This document shows positions 59,136 through 64,000 of a stretch of 64,000 nucleotides of DNA, piece after piece. Origin of the DNA: Lama glama (Eukaryota). Within the stretch, counting starts at the first letter, position 1, and the number at the start of each line of letters is the position of its first letter. Made by a program: the position numbers and the translations under genes. The stretch is from contig CM052816.1 of NCBI GenBank assembly GCA_028534125.1, positions 5,024,001 to 5,088,000 on the forward strand. The letters run 5' to 3'. The notes under the pieces are model-generated. The model searched no databases. It had not been told where the DNA came from and worked only from the letters and a program-made list of their open reading frames with translations.

Positions 59136-61064
59136 ATCTAAAAGCATATGGTTGCTTAGCAGTATTTATGGCAGCTGATGAGATACATTATGAAGGGATT
59201 TGTTTTCTCTTCACTAAAACATACTCGGACATTTTTCTACAATGCACTGGCGCTGTCTGAATAAGTAGAAAAGATTTCCCCTCGAAAGAAGTTAAAAGAC
59301 CCAACACATAATATTATTTCCCATTCCCTTTGGAAACCCAGAGCCAGAGAGCCTCCCAATGCCAGTAGAGAGTCACCCCAACCCCTCCCACTGGCCCAGA
59401 GGCAATGCCAGAGAAACCACAAGGTCAGCACGGCTCTTTCTAGCAGACTGCACATGGCCTGACAGAGCTGAAGGGGACCATCTCTGCGGGAAGAGGGACT
59501 AGGGCTACCAGCAAGACCCAGGGACTGGCTCACACCCACAGAGGGTGGCCAGGGAGGGCAGGGTTGGAACCTGCAGGCTGAGCCACCAGGGCCGTGTACA
59601 GATTCCTGCTGTCTGAAGATTTGTGTGGATCCTCTCCCAGAAAGTTTTCCGGGTAAAGTATGTCTACTTCTGTGCTCTGGGAGAATACAAAGCCAAATGG
59701 TAAGTAAGGCAGGAACTCTGAAATCCGTGTACTATGGGCTGGAATCCCAGCTACTAGCTAACTACTGTTCAGCCTTGAGCAAATTACTGAACCTCTCTGA
59801 ACTTTCTGGTCTGTAAAATGAAGATCGTACCTATAGCTAGATCCCATAGGGTTGTGAAAATGAACCAATATAATGAATGATGTGTGTGATGGCTCAGAAG
59901 TCTGATAATCAAGTGAGAATTGGTGAGTCTAGGGCATTCTGGCCTGGTTCCCTACGGCATCTGTCTTCAGCAAACTACCCACAAGGCAGGTTCAAGGACA
60001 CCTGGCTAAGCACAGGGACATGATAAAGGCACATCAGTGATGGATCAGCAACATACTCATGAGCACAGATCCAATCCCTTCATACAAGTCGTGAGAAATG
60101 AGGCCCATCCAGGAGAAATTAGAGAGCAGGGCTGAAATCAGAACTTGGATCCCCAGACTTTCAGCTCAGGCAGCTTGCTCTGACCCCACCCTGAAGTTCT
60201 TACCTGAAATAAAAAAGCCACCACAGTTTCCAACAAGAAGCCAGGAACAGAAAACTATGACAGAGTCCAGGTGGGGCTCATTCTCTGTCCCCAGACCCCA
60301 CCATCCCTGGCCCCATGCTGTTGACCCCACATCCTCCCTCCACCTCCAACCCAAGCATGGAGACTGTAATTGGCCTGGGGAAGCAGGCTCAGGCAGGGAA
60401 ACCATTCAAACTCCTCCTGGCTCTGGGGCCAAGAGACCCTGCCTGCCTCAGGCCACCCTTCTAATTAACTGGCACAACTGATCTGGCTTCTGGACAGTAT
60501 GAAAAGAGGGGAGGAAGTAAGTAAATACCAATCAGAAAACTTCCTCTTAAAGTGGCCAAGTCTGGAGCAGGGGGCAGGGTGTGGGATGAGACAGGACAGT
60601 AAATTAGCTAAAAAAAATCAGACCAAAGTCACCATGCCATCATCCATTCCTCTCCATCTCTTTTCTGGACGACTGCAGAAGTCTCCAAGGAGTCTCCCTG
60701 CTTCTAACCTGACCTCTTCCTGCCTCCACCAGAGTCCATTCTCCACATAACAAAGAATCCTGGGTCCTAATGAAATCAGATTGTGCCACCTCTTCCCTTG
60801 CTTTCCGAGTGAGATCTAAACTCCCTGAGCTGGACTCCAAAGGCCTCTCATGTCAGTTCCTTGGAGAACTCTGAACTCATTATCACCTAGTACCTGCTTT
60901 CCTCTAGGCTAGAATGCTCATCACCAGGCTTCTCCTCAATCTCACCCTGGCTCACCCTTGGAGGCATTTCTTGACACCCTGATTGAAGCTGCCCTCACCA
61001 TTTCTCCCCTGGTTGCCTGACTTTGCTTCTTTTACAGCACTTAACCACTATCAGAAACTGCCAA

Positions 61065-61901
61065 CCAGCATTAGAAATGGCAGCAAATTGACACTCCTCC
61101 CATTGAAAGGCAGGGTCCATGGCCCCTTCCCCTCATTCTCGACGGGTTCTATGACCTCTATCAACATAATACGGCACTACAAGGATGTGCTGTACAACAC
61201 AGGGAATATAGCAAATGTTTCATAACTATACCCTAACCTTTAAAAATTGTGAGTCACTATATTGTATACCTACAACATGCAATATTGTACATCACCTATA
61301 CTTCAGTTAAAAAAAAGATATTGTAAAATAAAGTTTTAAAAGTTAAAAAAAAAATAACATGGCAAAAGTGGTGTTGTGCCAAGTGCTTAGGCCCAGGATT
61401 TTAGAATACTGACTGTATTTACTTCCTGTCTCTTGGAATACTTTCCCTGGGAACCCCAAGCCACTAAGTAATAAGTCTTACTATTCTGAAATCACCACAC
61501 TGAAGAGGGCACCAGAAGGCACTCTGGTTCCAGCTGAACCTAACCTTCCAGCCATCCCTGTCAAAGTTCCAAACGTGTGAATGAAGTTGTGGTGGGCCAT
61601 CCAGACTGGGGCCTGCCAACTCTATCACTGCCATATAAAAAACAACCACCCTCCAAGGGGAAGGGTATAGCTCAAGTGGTAGAGCGCATGCTCAGCACCC
61701 AGGCGGTCCAGGTTCTATCCCTGGTACCTCCTCCAAGCTGAAATCAATGAAGAAACCTAATTATCTCCCCCTCAGAAAAGTAACCACCCCCCCAGCTGAG
61801 CATTGTCCAAATCCTGCCCCATGAATCAGTGAATACAAGGGTTGTTTTTTATGCTACTAAGTTTGCAGTGATTTTTTCAGGCAGTAACAGATAACCAGAA
61901 C
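61065..61901 (+). mobile_element. MLT1-like MaLR LTR with nested L1 3' end (61177-61353) and SINE (61657-61775)
   Basis: ccagccatccctg..gtgtgaatgaag; terminal gttgtttttt.atgctactaagtttg...gcagtaacagataaccagaa. Confidence 0.7.
61657..61775 (+). mobile_element. tRNA-Ala-derived SINE (vic-1-like)
   Basis: GGGGAAGGGTATAGCTCAAGTGGTAGAGCGCATGCTCAGCA...GGTTCTATCCCTGGTACCTCC, then an AAACCTAATTATCTCCCCC tail shared with the 931-1069 copy; flanked by degenerate aaccaccc repeats. Confidence 0.85.
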
Positions 61902-64000
61902 TACCTGGTGGTTTACTGTGTCACCCCAATAGAATGTAAACTATGGGGGCAGGCCCCTTCTGTCTTATTTCCATGGTCTAACGACACTTAGCAGGTTACT
62001 GAAATAAATGTGTTAAATGAATGATTTTCACTTTGGTGGCAGCCAAGTTAGTTCCTTTCAGACAAACAAACGCCAGACTCAAACCCCGTCCTTCTCTCAG
62101 GTAAGCCTGAGGACTCTGAATACTCAAGACCATCTCTTGAGATGGATCGGCTTTCCCATCTACTGAACTGGTTGATACTTGGGCTCTGGCCTCCACCAGT
62201 GCTAGGTTCTATATCTCAGGGCCAGAAGGAGGTTCTCAGCAACTACTCAATCTAACTCGGCACAGGACGTCTAAACCTTCTTAACAACGTTCCTGTCAAG
62301 GGATGGGCTACCACTGTTTGCATACTGCTGGGGGCACTCACAACCTTCTAAGGCAGCTCACCTCAGCCCAGAAGTCTAGGGCAGAATCTCATAGCTTCAG
62401 CCAAGCTCTTGGGGATGACACTAAAGCTGGACCAAACAGGTGGGGAAAAGCAATTCCCATTAGATGAAATCTCTCTCAACAAACAGCAGTTAGCTCTCAA
62501 GACAGCTGTCTACTGCTGCTGTGGGGCCTCAGGCCACAATGCCCAGTGGTGTCCGGTCTCCCCATCACATCCACTCTCCCTCAAAGAGGTGGGTAAGGAG
62601 ACCCCCTTCAGGGACTGCAGTTCCTGCCCTGGGCCTTAAAGTCTTCCCCACCCTCTCCTCTCAAACACTTCTTGAAGAAGACTGCTCCACAGCTTATGGG
62701 CTGGACAGACTGCTGTCCTCTCTTCTTTGTATGATACAACATACAAAGCCTGGGCCCACAGGCCTCATGCAGGCATCCTCATCTAAAAGGAGCTAGATCT
62801 TGCTCTCAGGGAACCTAGATCCTGCCACTGGACAACAGTCATAAACAGAGGCTCACTGTGACCAGGTCTTCTCATTTTTTCCCATAACAGCTTTATTGAT
62901 AAAATTCACATACCATGTTATTCACCAACTTACAGTATACAATTCAATTTTTTTGTGTGTGGTAAATTCAGAGTCTGACTTCTAAAAGAAAAGTTGTAAA
63001 TCTCCAGGTTTCCAAATACATCTTGATTTTAAAACATGGACGATTATTTTATATTGTTTTTAAATGTAAGGCCAATCAAACCTTGTCTGTAGGCTGGACT
63101 GGACTTCAGGAGGTGAGGGGAGTATATGCCCATTTGTAATTTCTGTCTTTCAGGATAAAAGCCCCATCATGGCAGCAATGTCTTGTTTACTCCTGAATTC
63201 TGAGGCCTGACACCTAACAAGTACTCAAAAATTTTGGAACGAACAAATCTAGGAAAGTACTCTGTACAACTTCACCACTGCAGAGCCCTACAGCAAATCG
63301 CCATGCAAACTTTTCAAATACTATCACCATGTCAAGGAACTCAGTACCTGCTGCGGCAGCTGAATCCATTTGGGAGCACTGCTGGAAGTTTCTACTTGAC
63401 CAGAGCCAAAACCTACTGACCCCGCACCTCCCACTTGTCATCAGCGCTTTACCCATAAGGCCACATGAAGCAGGTCTATTCGAACACTGTAATTCAGAAC
63501 AACTGGCATTCCCACCCTCCCTAAACTTTGATTCTCTGAGGAAAATAATTCTAGTTTCTTCAATCATTCCCTCCTCACAGTAAGGTCTATGTGTCCCAGT
63601 GAGCTGCTGCCTCTGTTTATTTCCTGGTTTCCTGTCTGCCTCCCACATTCCCTTGAAGCAGCATCCAGCCTCCTACACCCAACCTGGTTCTCACCATGTC
63701 CAAACCCCACCCATTACACTCATCTCCACTCTGGGCAAAACCCAAACCATCCATGCAACTGGTCTCTCTTCCTCATATCGCTGTAAATATGTATACAGAA
63801 CAGGAAAAGCAGAGACCTCCACTCCCCCAAACAAACCCAAAGCTGCAGAAAGAAACCGAAGTCAGGGCAGGAGAGTTTCACTACAGAACACCTGAGCCCG
63901 TCTCTCACTAACATCCTACCACTAAGGTATTCTCAAGTGCCACAATGTGTGCTTCTCATAGCAGGATTAGAGCCCCCAGTAATCCTTAAATTCCCTTCCA

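Noticed and set aside
41120..64000. LARP1 first exon or CpG-island promoter
   Set aside because: No CpG island and no recognisable LARP1 N-terminal coding exon; it must lie beyond the window. Unrecognised non-coding alternative exons cannot be excluded.
1..64000. CRISPR array, operon or other novel multi-gene system
   Set aside because: No regularly spaced repeat-spacer array or compact gene cluster; the window is explained by two known vertebrate genes plus common repeats.

Overview
Mammalian genomic DNA, probably camelid: two tRNA-Ala-like vic-1-type SINEs are present. The window holds two convergent (tail-to-tail) intron-containing genes. FAXDC2 (+ strand) has all 8 coding exons, 5373-17600, giving a 999-nt CDS and a 332-aa fatty-acid-hydroxylase/sterol-desaturase family protein with intact His boxes. 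LARP1 (- strand) has 18 coding exons, 41119 down to 23626, covering the RG repeat, La motif, PAM2 and DM15, plus a ~3.45-kb 3'UTR ending near 20170. Its first exon lies beyond the right edge, so 41120-64000 is intron. All splice junctions are GT-AG and phase-consistent, with no frameshifts or premature stops. The rest is ordinary mammalian intronic DNA with L1, L2, MIR, MLT1-like LTR, hAT/Tigger MITEs, microsatellites and one 500-N gap. I found no support for a new biological system. The best leads are a TSD-flanked L1/non-L1 chimeric insertion next to the FAXDC2 start exon, a TSD-only retrotransposition footprint, a miR-378h-like and a MER53/miR-1302-like hairpin, a very young L1, and possible splicing switches in LARP1. 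Family names come from recalled consensus sequences, not database searches.
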